The notes under the pieces are model-generated. The model did no database searches and was not told the origin of the DNA. It worked only from the letters and a program-made list of their open reading frames with translations. From the IMG/VR virus record IMGVR_UViG_2579778919_000006, positions 1 through 42,066 of that record: a DNA stretch of 42,066 nt; one strand, given 5' to 3'. The stretch is from a virus (taxonomy: Duplodnaviria; Heunggongvirae; Uroviricota; Caudoviricetes). The translations under genes and the position numbers were made by a program. Below, piece after piece: positions 18,937 to 28,642 of this stretch (its first letter is position 1; every line of letters begins with the position of its first letter).

Positions 18937-20280
18937 TTAAACGGGGGTGTTTAACAAATCGTCAGCGGCATCAGAAGATGCGCTACCTGCTGGGAGTGCA
19001 CCGGGTGCTGTTTCCATCAAACGATCCAGCGCCGTATCGGTACGCGCCTGGGCACTTTGCGGTGCAGCAGCCAGAATGCGCTGTGCGCTCTCTACCGTCA
19101 TACCCGGCGTTTCGGCCAGTGCTCGCGCCTGTGACTCACGCCCTTTAGCCTCATCGCAGTTCAGGATGCCCATGATGCGGCTATTCTCTGCAGCTACTGC
19201 TGCAGTAACCTGCGCACTGACATCTACAGGGGCCGCTACGGAAGCAATGGTCGTGTCAACGGTAGTGACCTGTTCAGCTGAGGCAGTTGTCTGAGTTGCT
19301 GCCTGGTCAACTGGCTTAGTGGTCACAGCTGAAGCAGAAGGTGATGGCATAGTTCCTCCAAGGGTTGTTTTTTTGCGTCTGTCGAGTGCTTCGCGCATCA
19401 CGCCGAGCGCATCGGTATTGTTAACAAGTTCATCCGCCAGTCCGTTATCCAAAGACTCCTGGCCGGAGAATACTGCCGCTTCGGTGTCCAGCACGTCCTG
19501 AACAGACATGCCGGTATAAGCGGAAACCTTTTCGGCAAACATCTGACGAGTGGCATCGATACGCGTCTGGAAATCAGCACGCACATCTTTCGGAAGCTTT
19601 TCGTAAGGGTTGCCGTCGACCTTGCGATCTCCGCTGTAAATCAGCGTGACCTCAACGCCGTTAGTTTTTAGCGCAGCACCATAGTTGCTGTGCGCCATCA
19701 TTACCCCGATGGAGCCGGTTCTGGCCGTTTGCGTGACCAGCCGTCGCGATGCCGAACTGGCTATAAGCTGACCTGCACTGCAGTTCATGTCATTGGCCAG
19801 CGCCCAGATGGGTTTGATATCGCGCATACGGGCAATAATGTCAGCGCAGTCAAATGCCCCTGACACCATTCCACCCGGCGTATCCATATCCAGAAGAATG
19901 CCGTCAACGCCGGGGTCACTGATTGCCTGCTGCAGGCGAGCAATGATCCCGTTGTAACCCGTCATGCCGGAATAAGGCTGAAGCGCACGGGTTTTACTGA
20001 CCAGCGTGCCGGAAACCGGCAAGACCGCGATACCATTTGCCACCTGATAGCTGCGTGATGGACGGGGATCCATGTCATCATCCTCACCAAACAGCGCCAG
20101 CGGTTCGGCTATTTGTCCGGCATCAAGCGTGATGCCAGAGACGGTATCTGTCAGCCGGGTGATGCCCAACTGGCCAGCCAGCGCGCAAAAGAAAACCCGC
20201 GCATAGGCGGGTTCAAGCATCAGCGGCTCATTAAAGGCCATACTGGCAATATGCGGAAGATTACGCAGCTCGTGCGCCAT
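18937..20280 (-). CDS. C: head maturation protease / scaffold (C, with nested Nu3-like region)
   Basis: 447 aa, S49/ClpP-like N-terminal part and Ala/Thr-rich C-terminal part, between B and D. Confidence 0.85.
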   Translation of the reverse strand: MAHELRNLPHIASMAFNEPLMLEPAYARVFFCALAGQLGITRLTDTVSGITLDAGQIAEPLALFGEDDDMDPRPSRSYQVANGIAVLPVSGTLVSKTRALQPYSGMTGYNGIIARLQQAISDPGVDGILLDMDTPGGMVSGAFDCADIIARMRDIKPIWALANDMNCSAGQLIASSASRRLVTQTARTGSIGVMMAHSNYGAALKTNGVEVTLIYSGDRKVDGNPYEKLPKDVRADFQTRIDATRQMFAEKVSAYTGMSVQDVLDTEAAVFSGQESLDNGLADELVNNTDALGVMREALDRRKKTTLGGTMPSPSASAVTTKPVDQAATQTTASAEQVTTVDTTIASVAAPVDVSAQVTAAVAAENSRIMGILNCDEAKGRESQARALAETPGMTVESAQRILAAAPQSAQARTDTALDRLMETAPGALPAGSASSDAADDLLNTPV

Positions 20281-21853
20281 CTTGCTCCTCCTCGTTTGAT
20301 TTTTTCACTCCGGCCTCAAAAGCTGCAGCGGCCCATGCCGGTGGTTTCAGACCCGCAGCACGACGCTCCATGGTTTCCCGGACCTGCTGGGCAAAAATCT
20401 CCTGATAATCATCACCGCGTTTGGCGCACTCTTTTTCATACGTGCTGAGACCTGCCTCAATGAGCATGACGGCCTCCTGTACCTCTTTCAGCCCGTCAAT
20501 TGCCATTCGACCAGAGCCAATCCAGTTGGCATTCCCCCAGGCTGTTCTCGCCTCCTGGAAACTGAACCGGGCTTTCGAAGGAAGCGTGACCACGCGGCGG
20601 ACAATCGCCTCTTCAAGCCAGCAAAGAAACATCTGACAGGCCTGTCGGGATGCCACAAACTTGCGACGCCCCATAAAGTACGCCCAGGACTCGTTAGCAC
20701 TTGCGCGTGCGGTCGAGTAGCTCATCTGCGAATAGTTTCGCGAAAGCTGCTCATACGACACACCAAGCCCAGCGGCAATATAACGCAGCAGGGACTGTTC
20801 AAAAGTCGAGTAGCCGTTATCGGTATCCTGCGCCGACTGAAGGTTGAGAGAATCACCCGGCAACAGGTGTGGAACCCTTGCCCCACCCAGGCGAACAGGC
20901 GCAGCTGAGTAATAGGACGCCATTTCACCGAGCCAGCCTGTCAGTTTGCTCTGCTGCTCTTTATTATCCGCGCCGAGAATAAAGTCCATCGCCGATTGGG
21001 TATCCAGTTCACTCTCGATGGTAGCGGCATACATAGCCTTCACTATCGCGCTCTGGAGCTGGGTATTTTGCAGGGTATCGAGCATTTTCATCTGCTCCAT
21101 CACGCTGTAAAACGCATTGGCCCCACGGGTCTGTCCATCCTCCATCGGTTCGAATACATGGATAAATGAAGGTCGACCGCCGGGTAGTTCGCGAGGAATG
21201 TAGGTCCAGTTCTGCGCCATCCAGCCGGGATAACCATCGTCGCTGACGTAATATCCCAGCGCAGCACCGCTATCATTTATTTTCACACCGGCGCGACAGT
21301 TCCGGGTATCACCGATATTATTCGGATTGCTGACGCGCTTCGGACTGACCATTTTGAACTGAGTACGGAAAAGACGCGTTGAATCGCTGTCCCAGGTCGC
21401 CTGCGTGCATAATTCACCGTTAAACGCGTGCATGGCCACACCTTCTCGGATCATCATCGTAAACGTTCGCTTACGCTCGGCATCAATCCCGCAAAAGTCG
21501 TCCTCGGCATACTCATTCCATGCAGCTTCCACATCCCGCGAGAATGCCCGTGAATCCTCCTCATTTATTCCCAGATAACGCCAGCTTGGTCGATAACTGA
21601 GTCTGAAAAATGACCCGACGATGTGGTCCTGGTGGAGCTGCACGGCGTTTGCCGCGTAGCCATTATTTCGCACCAGATCGTCAGCGCGGGCATTTCCGCG
21701 AGAATAGTTGGGTAGGAGTGCGGCATCTGCACTTTCACTCGGCGGATTCCAGCCTCGCAGCTGCCCACCAAACCCGCCTCCACCGCCATGATATCCTGCG
21801 TATTCCCGAAGGGATGTTTTCCCGTCAGGTCCCACCAAAGATGGTATTTTCAT
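20261..21853 (-). CDS. B: portal protein B
   Basis: 530 aa in the portal position between W and C. Confidence 0.9.
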   Translation of the reverse strand: MKIPSLVGPDGKTSLREYAGYHGGGGGFGGQLRGWNPPSESADAALLPNYSRGNARADDLVRNNGYAANAVQLHQDHIVGSFFRLSYRPSWRYLGINEEDSRAFSRDVEAAWNEYAEDDFCGIDAERKRTFTMMIREGVAMHAFNGELCTQATWDSDSTRLFRTQFKMVSPKRVSNPNNIGDTRNCRAGVKINDSGAALGYYVSDDGYPGWMAQNWTYIPRELPGGRPSFIHVFEPMEDGQTRGANAFYSVMEQMKMLDTLQNTQLQSAIVKAMYAATIESELDTQSAMDFILGADNKEQQSKLTGWLGEMASYYSAAPVRLGGARVPHLLPGDSLNLQSAQDTDNGYSTFEQSLLRYIAAGLGVSYEQLSRNYSQMSYSTARASANESWAYFMGRRKFVASRQACQMFLCWLEEAIVRRVVTLPSKARFSFQEARTAWGNANWIGSGRMAIDGLKEVQEAVMLIEAGLSTYEKECAKRGDDYQEIFAQQVRETMERRAAGLKPPAWAAAAFEAGVKKSNEEEQDGARAA

Positions 21854-22056
21854 ACGTAAAACCCTGCTGGCCCCCGGCGTCGTGATGTGGTGCCAACCTG
21901 AGATTCAAGGTCAGTAATATATTTTTTGAGATCGCTGACTGAAGTGGCTGTAAATTCCACTCTTCGACCGTCTTTCTGTACCGTCGCCACGCGCTTTCCC
22001 ATCATCAGGTCATGTAACGCAGCGCGCGCGGCATCCAGTTCAGTCTGTGTTGCCAT
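21850..22056 (-). CDS. W: head-tail joining protein W
   Basis: 68 aa, gpW-like, between A and B. Confidence 0.85.
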   Translation of the reverse strand: MATQTELDAARAALHDLMMGKRVATVQKDGRRVEFTATSVSDLKKYITDLESQVGTTSRRRGPAGFYV

Positions 22057-23978
22057 TATTCATCTCCAGATAATGCCCGCGCGTAATCCGCCAGGGTCTT
22101 GTTATTGTTACGGCTGCCTTCTTCCTCCAGCAGGCTGGCCAGAAGTGAATCAAGATTTAGCTGCCAGCGGGATATGCTTATACGCAGCGCCGCCAGTGCA
22201 TAAACAAAGCAATCGAGCGCCTCATTTCGTCGTTTTTTGCTGTCCCAGACGATCTTTTTCTTTCCGTCTACCCATTTTTCCACCTGCTCTTCAGCTGTTA
22301 GTTGTTGGGCCTCTGTTAGATCGTAGATTTCTGGGTTATTCGGGAAATGAACCGCTCCCGCCAGCGGCTCGTCTCTTTGCGCCACCAGCGTGAAACGGTT
22401 ATAAATCTGCTCTTTTGCGGTGTCTGTTCCTACCTCTGTGAGGTAAACACCATTCTTGTTACGCTTGCGTGGCATGTTCGCCACTGGCTTTCCATAAACC
22501 GACGCCCCCTTTATAGGGATCACACGAAACAGACCGTGTTTTTTTGAGCGGTTGTAGACGATGGTGGGATCAATGCCGCCAATATCCCAGCAAGTGCGGG
22601 ATATAACCATTTCGAGACCGTTCTGGCGCTTATACGTCCTGTTGATCGCTTCATCAACTCGAGCGAGAGTCGACTCATCATCATGACGACCCATAATGAT
22701 AATTTTGTCGATAAGCCAGCTTTCCTCTCCCGGCCCCCATCCCCAAACACGCATTTCGTAACGGTCAAGCTGGGAGTCAATACCCGCTGTCAGATATGCC
22801 ACTCGCTCCGGCACAGACGCTTCAAAGTGCTCTTTTCGTTCCGCTAAAACTTCAGCATCGGGTCGTTCACCTATTTTCGGTTCCCACGTTTCGCCCAGGG
22901 TCGTGTTAACGAAAGTTTTTCGCTTACCCGTATCACCTTTTGTTTTTATCCAGTCCTTGACGATCTGCACCCAGGTTGTGAACGGGCTATATGCGGTCCA
23001 GATGTGGAATGTAACGCTGTCAGGAGGTTCAATTTCGGTACCGGATGAAGAAAACCAGTTAAGGCCGTCTCGTGTCCAGATACCTGTTTCATCACAAATA
23101 TACCTGGCCTCCAGAAATTCCAGCTCCTGTTGTTTAATCACACAGGCATTGTGTTCACAGAGGTAGTAAACGCTGGCAGGTTCTCCCGGAGACCATTTGA
23201 AGCCAAATGGTGTCTCTTTATCACCGAATTTCAGATACTGCTCTTCCCCACAGTGTGGGCATGGAACATGGAACCGAAGAAAATGTTCAGACTCCTTAGC
23301 AGCTCTTTCTATCTGGCACGTACCTTTGACTTTCGGTGTAGATCCGCGAATGGATTTCGGCCATACAGAACCCTCAATACGCTTATCACCCAGAAAGGTG
23401 GGAGAACCTTCTTTCTCGATGTCATCATCGAAAGCGGCGAGCTCGTCGTAGCCAGCCACATCAACTGATTTTTCACGGTAGTTTTTTGCAGCCTTACCGC
23501 CCAGGCACCAGAAACCACGACCATTCGAGAAACGCTTCATGCTCAGCGTATTGTCCCGATGTTTTTTACCGTACCAGGGAGCAAGCGCCAGCAACGTCGG
23601 AATATCACGAATGGTCGGTTCTACATGAGACTTCATGAAGTTTTCAGCATCACCGTCGGTTGGTAACCATATTAGGGAGTTACGCTGTTTATGTTGGATG
23701 AAATATGCGTAAACGCCGAGCAACATTTTTGAGTAGCCGACACGAGCCGATTTAACGACATTCACCTCGCGAATATAGTCATTACCCATCGCATTCATAA
23801 TTGCACGCTGAAATGGCAGTGTTTCCCAGCGCCCTTCCTGGTAGGCAGACTCTTTCGGGAGATAATAATTCTCATCTGCCCATTCAACTGCTGTTTGCGG
23901 TTGCGGCCGGTACAGCGAACGTAACCCCGCCCGCGCAGAGTGCTGCAGCCCCTTAACCTGACTGTTCGATATATTCAC
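22056..23978 (-). CDS. A: terminase large subunit A
   Basis: 640 aa starting [11 protein letters not shown], near-collinear with lambda gpA as I recall it. Confidence 0.95.
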   Translation of the reverse strand: MNISNSQVKGLQHSARAGLRSLYRPQPQTAVEWADENYYLPKESAYQEGRWETLPFQRAIMNAMGNDYIREVNVVKSARVGYSKMLLGVYAYFIQHKQRNSLIWLPTDGDAENFMKSHVEPTIRDIPTLLALAPWYGKKHRDNTLSMKRFSNGRGFWCLGGKAAKNYREKSVDVAGYDELAAFDDDIEKEGSPTFLGDKRIEGSVWPKSIRGSTPKVKGTCQIERAAKESEHFLRFHVPCPHCGEEQYLKFGDKETPFGFKWSPGEPASVYYLCEHNACVIKQQELEFLEARYICDETGIWTRDGLNWFSSSGTEIEPPDSVTFHIWTAYSPFTTWVQIVKDWIKTKGDTGKRKTFVNTTLGETWEPKIGERPDAEVLAERKEHFEASVPERVAYLTAGIDSQLDRYEMRVWGWGPGEESWLIDKIIIMGRHDDESTLARVDEAINRTYKRQNGLEMVISRTCWDIGGIDPTIVYNRSKKHGLFRVIPIKGASVYGKPVANMPRKRNKNGVYLTEVGTDTAKEQIYNRFTLVAQRDEPLAGAVHFPNNPEIYDLTEAQQLTAEEQVEKWVDGKKKIVWDSKKRRNEALDCFVYALAALRISISRWQLNLDSLLASLLEEEGSRNNNKTLADYARALSGDE

Positions 23979-24498
23979 TCAGCAACCCCGGTATCATTTC
24001 ATCCAGCGCAGCTGCCTTGTTCATGGCCTTAATGATGTCCTTCTTGAGGAAATCAATATGTCGGTTCTCCAGCTCCGGGAAGCGCCGCTGAACCGACAGA
24101 GGTATTCCATCGAGAATGCTGGCGATTTCTCCGGCTACCCGCGACAGCACGAACGTGCAGAATGCGGTCTCCACCACTTCAGCGGACTCTTTTGCATTTT
24201 TTAATTCCTGAGCGTCAGCCTGAGCTCGCGTAAGTCGGTGTCGCTCATATTCAATCGTGCCAGGTTGAAGATCGGACTCAGAAGCGATACGGAGATCTTC
24301 AACTTCCTTCCGCAACTTTTCATTTTCTATAGCTGCATCGCGCGCACTGTACCATTCGATTGCAGCAGCAGATTCAAAGAGAACCTCATTACCTTTGCCA
24401 CCACCGCGGACAACCGGCATACCTTGCTCCTGCCAGTTCTGAATCGTTCGGACGCTTACCCCGAAAATTTCGGATAAGCGTTTTTTGTTAACCTCCAT
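23953..24498 (-). CDS. nu1: terminase small subunit Nu1
   Basis: MEVNKKRLSEIFGVSVRTIQNWQEQGMPV, winged-helix N-terminus as in lambda Nu1; overlaps the A start. Confidence 0.9.
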   Translation of the reverse strand: MEVNKKRLSEIFGVSVRTIQNWQEQGMPVVRGGGKGNEVLFESAAAIEWYSARDAAIENEKLRKEVEDLRIASESDLQPGTIEYERHRLTRAQADAQELKNAKESAEVVETAFCTFVLSRVAGEIASILDGIPLSVQRRFPELENRHIDFLKKDIIKAMNKAAALDEMIPGLLSEYIEQSG

Positions 24499-24700
24499 GG
24501 CTTACTCCTGGCAAAAAACAGAGAAAGGAAACAATCAACGGTAAACTTCCGTTTTCCTTGCTCAGCATTTCCTTTCTGGAGAGAGGACGTTTTTAACAAA
24601 AACAATGAGTAAACAAGAAGAAGAACGGAAATGGCATAAACCAGAAAATTTTCATAAATAGCGAGAATCTGCGCGGACGCCGCCCCGTAACATGTCGGAT
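24499..24700. other. cos: cos site (cosB and cosN; predicted cohesive-end sequence at about 24674-24685)
   Basis: minus-strand sequence GGGCGGCGTCCGCGCAGATTCTCGCTATTTATGAAAATTTTC...TTTCCGTTCTTCTTC...GTTTCCTTTCTCTGTTTTT parallels lambda cosN-cosB as I recall it, directly upstream of Nu1. Confidence 0.8.
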
Positions 24701-24746
24701 AACCGGAAAGGACCCGCGGCCCCCTGGGTGTCCCTGAGGGGGAGCA

Positions 24747-25367
24747 TCAACGCCCTCTTTGTTGAACCCATATTGCACCTCCAGGCTTTAGCGCGTTGCG
24801 GATTGCATCGTTTACAGCATCGTGCATCGCTTGTTTCAGGCCGGTGAGTGAGGCTGTTTGTGCATCGATATTTACTTGTATTGCCGTGAGCAGATCGCTT
24901 TCACGTACAGCATCAATGACGGCCTGCGTCATTTCATCGCCAAGCTTAAACTTCACCTTCGAGGCTGATACCACGGCGTTTCCGACGGTTGATCGAGCGG
25001 CTTCATTTACCTTCAAGGATTCAGCTTTAAACTCGGCCTTTCTTTGCCCATCTTCAACTCCAACAGCCATACCGGCAGCGTGCTCTATGCCATTATTGTT
25101 GATATTCAACTTCACGTTATAGTTCGCAGATACAATGCCACTACCAATAAAGGCATCTTTGATAAAGACCTTGCCATCTTTGACGCCAATAGCCCATCCC
25201 GTGGCTTTATCTTCTGTTACTCGTTCAATGCGGAAACTGAATGGACTCTTTTCATAAAGCCCCATGGCAATCGTTCTTTTCCCATCACGATCATAACGGG
25301 CTGTATACTCAGCCGTTTGAAGCTCATGGCCATCGTCACGTAATATGAGCACCATATCTTTATTCAT
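24747..25367 (-). CDS. hypothetical protein with segments resembling the distal region of J
   Basis: start re-set to MNKDMVLIL (AGGAAA Shine-Dalgarno); ANYNVKLNINNNGIEHAAGMAVGVEDG and KVFIKDAFIGSGIV resemble J segments AMYNIKVGVSSNGQYYAAGMGIGVEN and TFIRASFIQDGTI; C-terminus AVNDAIRNALKPGGAI. Confidence 0.5.
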   Translation of the reverse strand: MNKDMVLILRDDGHELQTAEYTARYDRDGKRTIAMGLYEKSPFSFRIERVTEDKATGWAIGVKDGKVFIKDAFIGSGIVSANYNVKLNINNNGIEHAAGMAVGVEDGQRKAEFKAESLKVNEAARSTVGNAVVSASKVKFKLGDEMTQAVIDAVRESDLLTAIQVNIDAQTASLTGLKQAMHDAVNDAIRNALKPGGAIWVQQRGR

Positions 25368-25528
25368 TTTTTCATTTCCTTTTAGACGTGAGCCTGTCGC
25401 ACAGCAAAGCCGCCGAAAGTTAACGGTTTGCCCAGGCTCACAACTGAAAGACTTTCTACGGTGTGCGCGTGCGATGCGCATAAAAAAGCCCCGCATAAGC
25501 GAGGCTAAATATCGAACAACTTCTTTTG

Positions 25529-25750
25529 TTAACTGCGCGTGAAGTTGTGGTGGATGAAGTCGTCAGAGCCTAACCGATGTGAGCCATAATGGGCTTCATA
25601 GCCCTCACCTAGTGAGGCTGCCTTAGTTTCGGCCACATCTTTGGTGGCGTAAACACCGACTAAATGCCACGGGGCATTCCTTACAACCCCCCACCCCATA
25701 ACCCAACCTATATTATCAAGGTCAGGCTTCAAGCCTTCTGCAACAAACAT
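25529..25750 (-). CDS. hypothetical small protein
   Basis: AAGGAG Shine-Dalgarno before the ATG for MFVAEGLKPD; 73 aa; no family recognised. Confidence 0.4.
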   Translation of the reverse strand: MFVAEGLKPDLDNIGWVMGWGVVRNAPWHLVGVYATKDVAETKAASLGEGYEAHYGSHRLGSDDFIHHNFTRS

Positions 25751-25809
25751 ATTTATCTCCTTTGGGTACCCGGAGATAATGCTAAGCAATTGAAGCTGCA
25801 AAATAAATA

Positions 25810-26055
25810 CTATTCAACAAGCTCTGCTGTAATTGTTAACCAGCTCAAATCAGGCCGATCATGCATCACATGTACAGCTGATTCATCAACATCGACAGCG
25901 TAAATTTTAGTGAAGGGATGGGAAGCTTTACCGGATAAAGAATCCTTCACTATCACACTTTCATTCTGAATAACCTGGAATGTGACGTTTGCGGCTCGAA
26001 CAATACCCTCGTAGTGCTCTTCAAGGTGAGCAATTGTAACTTTAACTTTTTTCAT
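25810..26055 (-). CDS. hypothetical small protein
   Basis: AAGGAG Shine-Dalgarno before the ATG for MKKVKVTIAH; 81 aa; no family recognised. Confidence 0.4.
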   Translation of the reverse strand: MKKVKVTIAHLEEHYEGIVRAANVTFQVIQNESVIVKDSLSGKASHPFTKIYAVDVDESAVHVMHDRPDLSWLTITAELVE

Positions 26056-26162
26056 AGGCTGGCTCCTTGGCTGAATGGCAACAGGCATTAGGTGAGTGTC
26101 TGCTGTAACGCCTATCCCTTAGCGGGGATAATGGTTGCTTTATCCCTTGCTAGGGATAAAGA

Positions 26163-26678
26163 CTATTGACGCTCGCTCTCTATTTGACGAATTCCAGCGA
26201 AATTGTTATTGCCCTTTTCAATCACGGCCAGCAGCGGCTTAATCCAGAGCACAGCCTGGCAGTACGTTATTGAGCCGGCGGCAGCGGTACTATCATCGGC
26301 TGCGTCAGGTCCGTCGGTATCGGCGTGCATTGCGCTGGAACGTAAACGGTACGCGTATTCGAGCAGCCCACCAGCAATGTCAGCAGGAACAGGCAGATCA
26401 CAGGTTTTTTCACGGCGGAGAATCTCCCGGTATTCGATTACAGTTTCTTCGGTGCTGGTGTCGATCAGGGAGTTTAGCCTGTTGGCATGTTCTGCAACCT
26501 GATTGAATCGATTGAAGTTGAATGCCTGGGTGGCGATCACCTGCCCCTGCATAGAGTTGTCACTTCGCAGAACGTCGTTATCGCTCTGAAGGCGACTGGC
26601 GTTGGAGCAACTCTTAGCGAGAGCGACCGAAAGGACAGCAATAACAACAACGCCTATAAGACCCGGATTAATTTTCAT
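26163..26678 (-). CDS. Rz-like inner-membrane spanin
   Basis: N-terminal transmembrane segment INPGLIGVVVIAVLSVALA then a helical periplasmic part; start overlaps the endolysin stop; an embedded Rz1-like ORF was not resolved. Confidence 0.6.
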   Translation of the reverse strand: MKINPGLIGVVVIAVLSVALAKSCSNASRLQSDNDVLRSDNSMQGQVIATQAFNFNRFNQVAEHANRLNSLIDTSTEETVIEYREILRREKTCDLPVPADIAGGLLEYAYRLRSSAMHADTDGPDAADDSTAAAGSITYCQAVLWIKPLLAVIEKGNNNFAGIRQIESERQ

Positions 26679-27214
26679 TGGTCTAACCCCCAGCACGCCA
26701 GCGCGCTTTCCTGGTCCCGTCGCTCAACCTGACCATAGCAGCCATTCTTCTGGCCTTTGGTCAGGCGGCAATCGCGGCCACCGTCTTTAATCCACCAGCG
26801 GATAGCTTCACAGGCTCCTTTCCGGTCACCGGCATTGATTCGCTGGTAGAAGGTCGATGGATAGCATTTACCTGGACCAATGTTGTACGGGCAGAAGGAC
26901 GCAATGCCTACCTTTTGTGGCGCTGTCAGTGGAACCTTGATATTCCTATCGACCCATACAAGCGCTTTGTCACGCTCAATCGCGTTCACCTTCTTACATT
27001 GCGCTTCGGTAGCAGTCATGCCTTTTACGACACGCTTGCCGTCGATAACTGTTACGCCATGGCATAGTGACCAGACGCCACCGGGATCCATCACAGCAAC
27101 GAGCGCATTGCCTTCCTTCTCACTGATGAACTGGTCAAACAGCACAGGAGCTGAAGCACCAGCGGCGATCAGGGATAGCATAGCTGCGCTTAGTTTTGCT
27201 CTGATCGATGCCAT
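26675..27214 (-). CDS. SAR endolysin (lysozyme)
   Basis: hydrophobic N-terminal SAR-like segment LSAAMLSLIAAGASAPVL then a lysozyme-like domain; immediately downstream of the holin. Confidence 0.8.
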   Translation of the reverse strand: MASIRAKLSAAMLSLIAAGASAPVLFDQFISEKEGNALVAVMDPGGVWSLCHGVTVIDGKRVVKGMTATEAQCKKVNAIERDKALVWVDRNIKVPLTAPQKVGIASFCPYNIGPGKCYPSTFYQRINAGDRKGACEAIRWWIKDGGRDCRLTKGQKNGCYGQVERRDQESALACWGLDQ

Positions 27215-27215
27215 G

Positions 27216-27464
27216 TTAGTTATCCTGTGGTGGCGCGGTGATGTAGCCCTTCTTTAGGGCCTTCTCGTATGCCTTGGTCTGGCGTCTTTTGAAGTAAAGG
27301 TTGGTCAGGTATGTGGCGATGCCGATAAGAAATCCGCCAATCACTGCAACCTTGTTCCAGTCGAGGTCGTGCAACCATTGCAAAATGCCGCCTCCACAAA
27401 TAAGACTGCCGGACACGCAATACGAGACTGCGGATGCAATTTTGTCAGGCATATATCGGATCAT
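27216..27464 (-). CDS. class II holin (pinholin-like) with dual-start motif
   Basis: GAGGAG Shine-Dalgarno before MIRYM; two transmembrane segments; ILQWL...YLTNLYFK resembles the phage 21 S protein as I recall it. Confidence 0.75.
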   Translation of the reverse strand: MIRYMPDKIASAVSYCVSGSLICGGGILQWLHDLDWNKVAVIGGFLIGIATYLTNLYFKRRQTKAYEKALKKGYITAPPQDN

Positions 27465-27563
27465 CTCTATCTCCTCGCGTAATGGCGGGAGCTGTGTGTA
27501 AGGGGTCAGGCCCTCGGGACGATTTAACAAGCAGTCATGTCGATGATGGTTCCCGGAGCCTGA

Positions 27564-27594
27564 AATAAAAAAAGCCCGCTTTTGATAGCGGGCT
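27564..27594 (-). terminator. intrinsic terminator in the late leader
   Basis: 7-bp stem agcccgc/gcgggct followed on the minus strand by a T-run. Confidence 0.6.
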
Positions 27595-27743
27595 AATGAG
27601 TTGACTATTTGTAAGGTAGGTGTGAGTAAGACTTATGCTCAGAGGTGAAGCTGTATCGGCTGATTCACTATCGGTCCAGGAGAACCACCGGGCATTCAGT
27701 TACTTCCCACAACTCAAAGCGTAGCAGCAGTTTGCAAAACCAT

Positions 27744-27771
27744 AAAAAAAGGCCTGCGTTTAATGGCAGGC
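27744..27771 (-). terminator. intrinsic terminator in the late leader
   Basis: 6-bp stem gcctgc/gcaggc followed on the minus strand by T7. Confidence 0.55.
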
Positions 27772-27988
27772 TCTCAAGGAATTTGAAACTTGTATTGTAG
27801 TTGTCATGGTGCCGGGTGCCTCCCGGTGACTCTACTCCAGCCAGCAAAGTCGCGCGCATACCTGCAGATAGCAGTTGGCTGGAACGCCCTTTCGCTTAGA
27901 AAGGATTCACCACAGAAATAAATTACGCCGAACTTATTCCTGCAGTCAATGAGATTAGCCATTGCTTCCTGATGGTTGTCTTACAAAT

Positions 27989-28011
27989 GAAAAAACCTCG
28001 CCGAAGCGAGG
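27989..28011 (-). terminator. intrinsic terminator in the late leader
   Basis: 6-bp stem cctcgc-cgaa-gcgagg followed on the minus strand by T6. Confidence 0.55.
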
Positions 28012-28208
28012 CTATTTGAATTTGAGGCACCTCACCCAACAAACCACCCGAGGTTAACTGGATTTTAACGAGATGCTTTTGGATGAGCGCTGAACCCAAA
28101 GGTCAGCATTTTCACACAGCAATTTTGCAAAAAGCAGCGCCCATTCAAAACTAGGTCGCTTTTCAGTCACTCCGGGGACCCCATCATCGCAGACCGAAAA
28201 GCTTAAAC

Positions 28209-28283
<75 letters not shown>

Positions 28284-28286
28284 ATA

Positions 28287-28362
<76 letters not shown>

Positions 28363-28364
28363 AG

Positions 28365-28438
28365 TGGTCCGCCACCGGAGCCTCGAACCCCGTACCACAA
28401 CACCTGGGTTGCCGCTCTTCCCGATGAGCTAGTGGCGG
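28365..28438 (-). tRNA. tRNA-like element, anticodon unresolved (possible degenerate tRNA)
   Basis: acceptor, D and T arms fold (T-loop TTCGAGG, 3' ACCA) but the best anticodon-arm pairing GCAAC/GTTGT leaves a 6-nt loop. Confidence 0.45.
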
Positions 28439-28440
28439 TC

Positions 28441-28517
28441 TGGTGGCCCTTGCTGGACTTGAACCAGCGACCGGGCGATTATGAGTCGCACGCTCTAACC
28501 AACTGAGCTAAAGGGCC
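28441..28517 (-). tRNA. tRNA with CAU anticodon (Met or Ile2-lysidine type)
   Basis: reverse complement GGCCCTTTAGCTCAGTTGGTTAGAGC...; anticodon loop CTCATAA; T-arm GGTTCAAGTCC; 3' CCA. Confidence 0.75.
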
Positions 28518-28642
28518 GGGAGCAAGAAGATACATAGGTAAAACTACCCTTGCAATAATATGGTTTTATGATGAAAAACAATCAGGGAAATGGTTAAATA
28601 TCAAGCGGCAGTGCTTTCAATCTAACCAGAGCAAGGGAAGAT

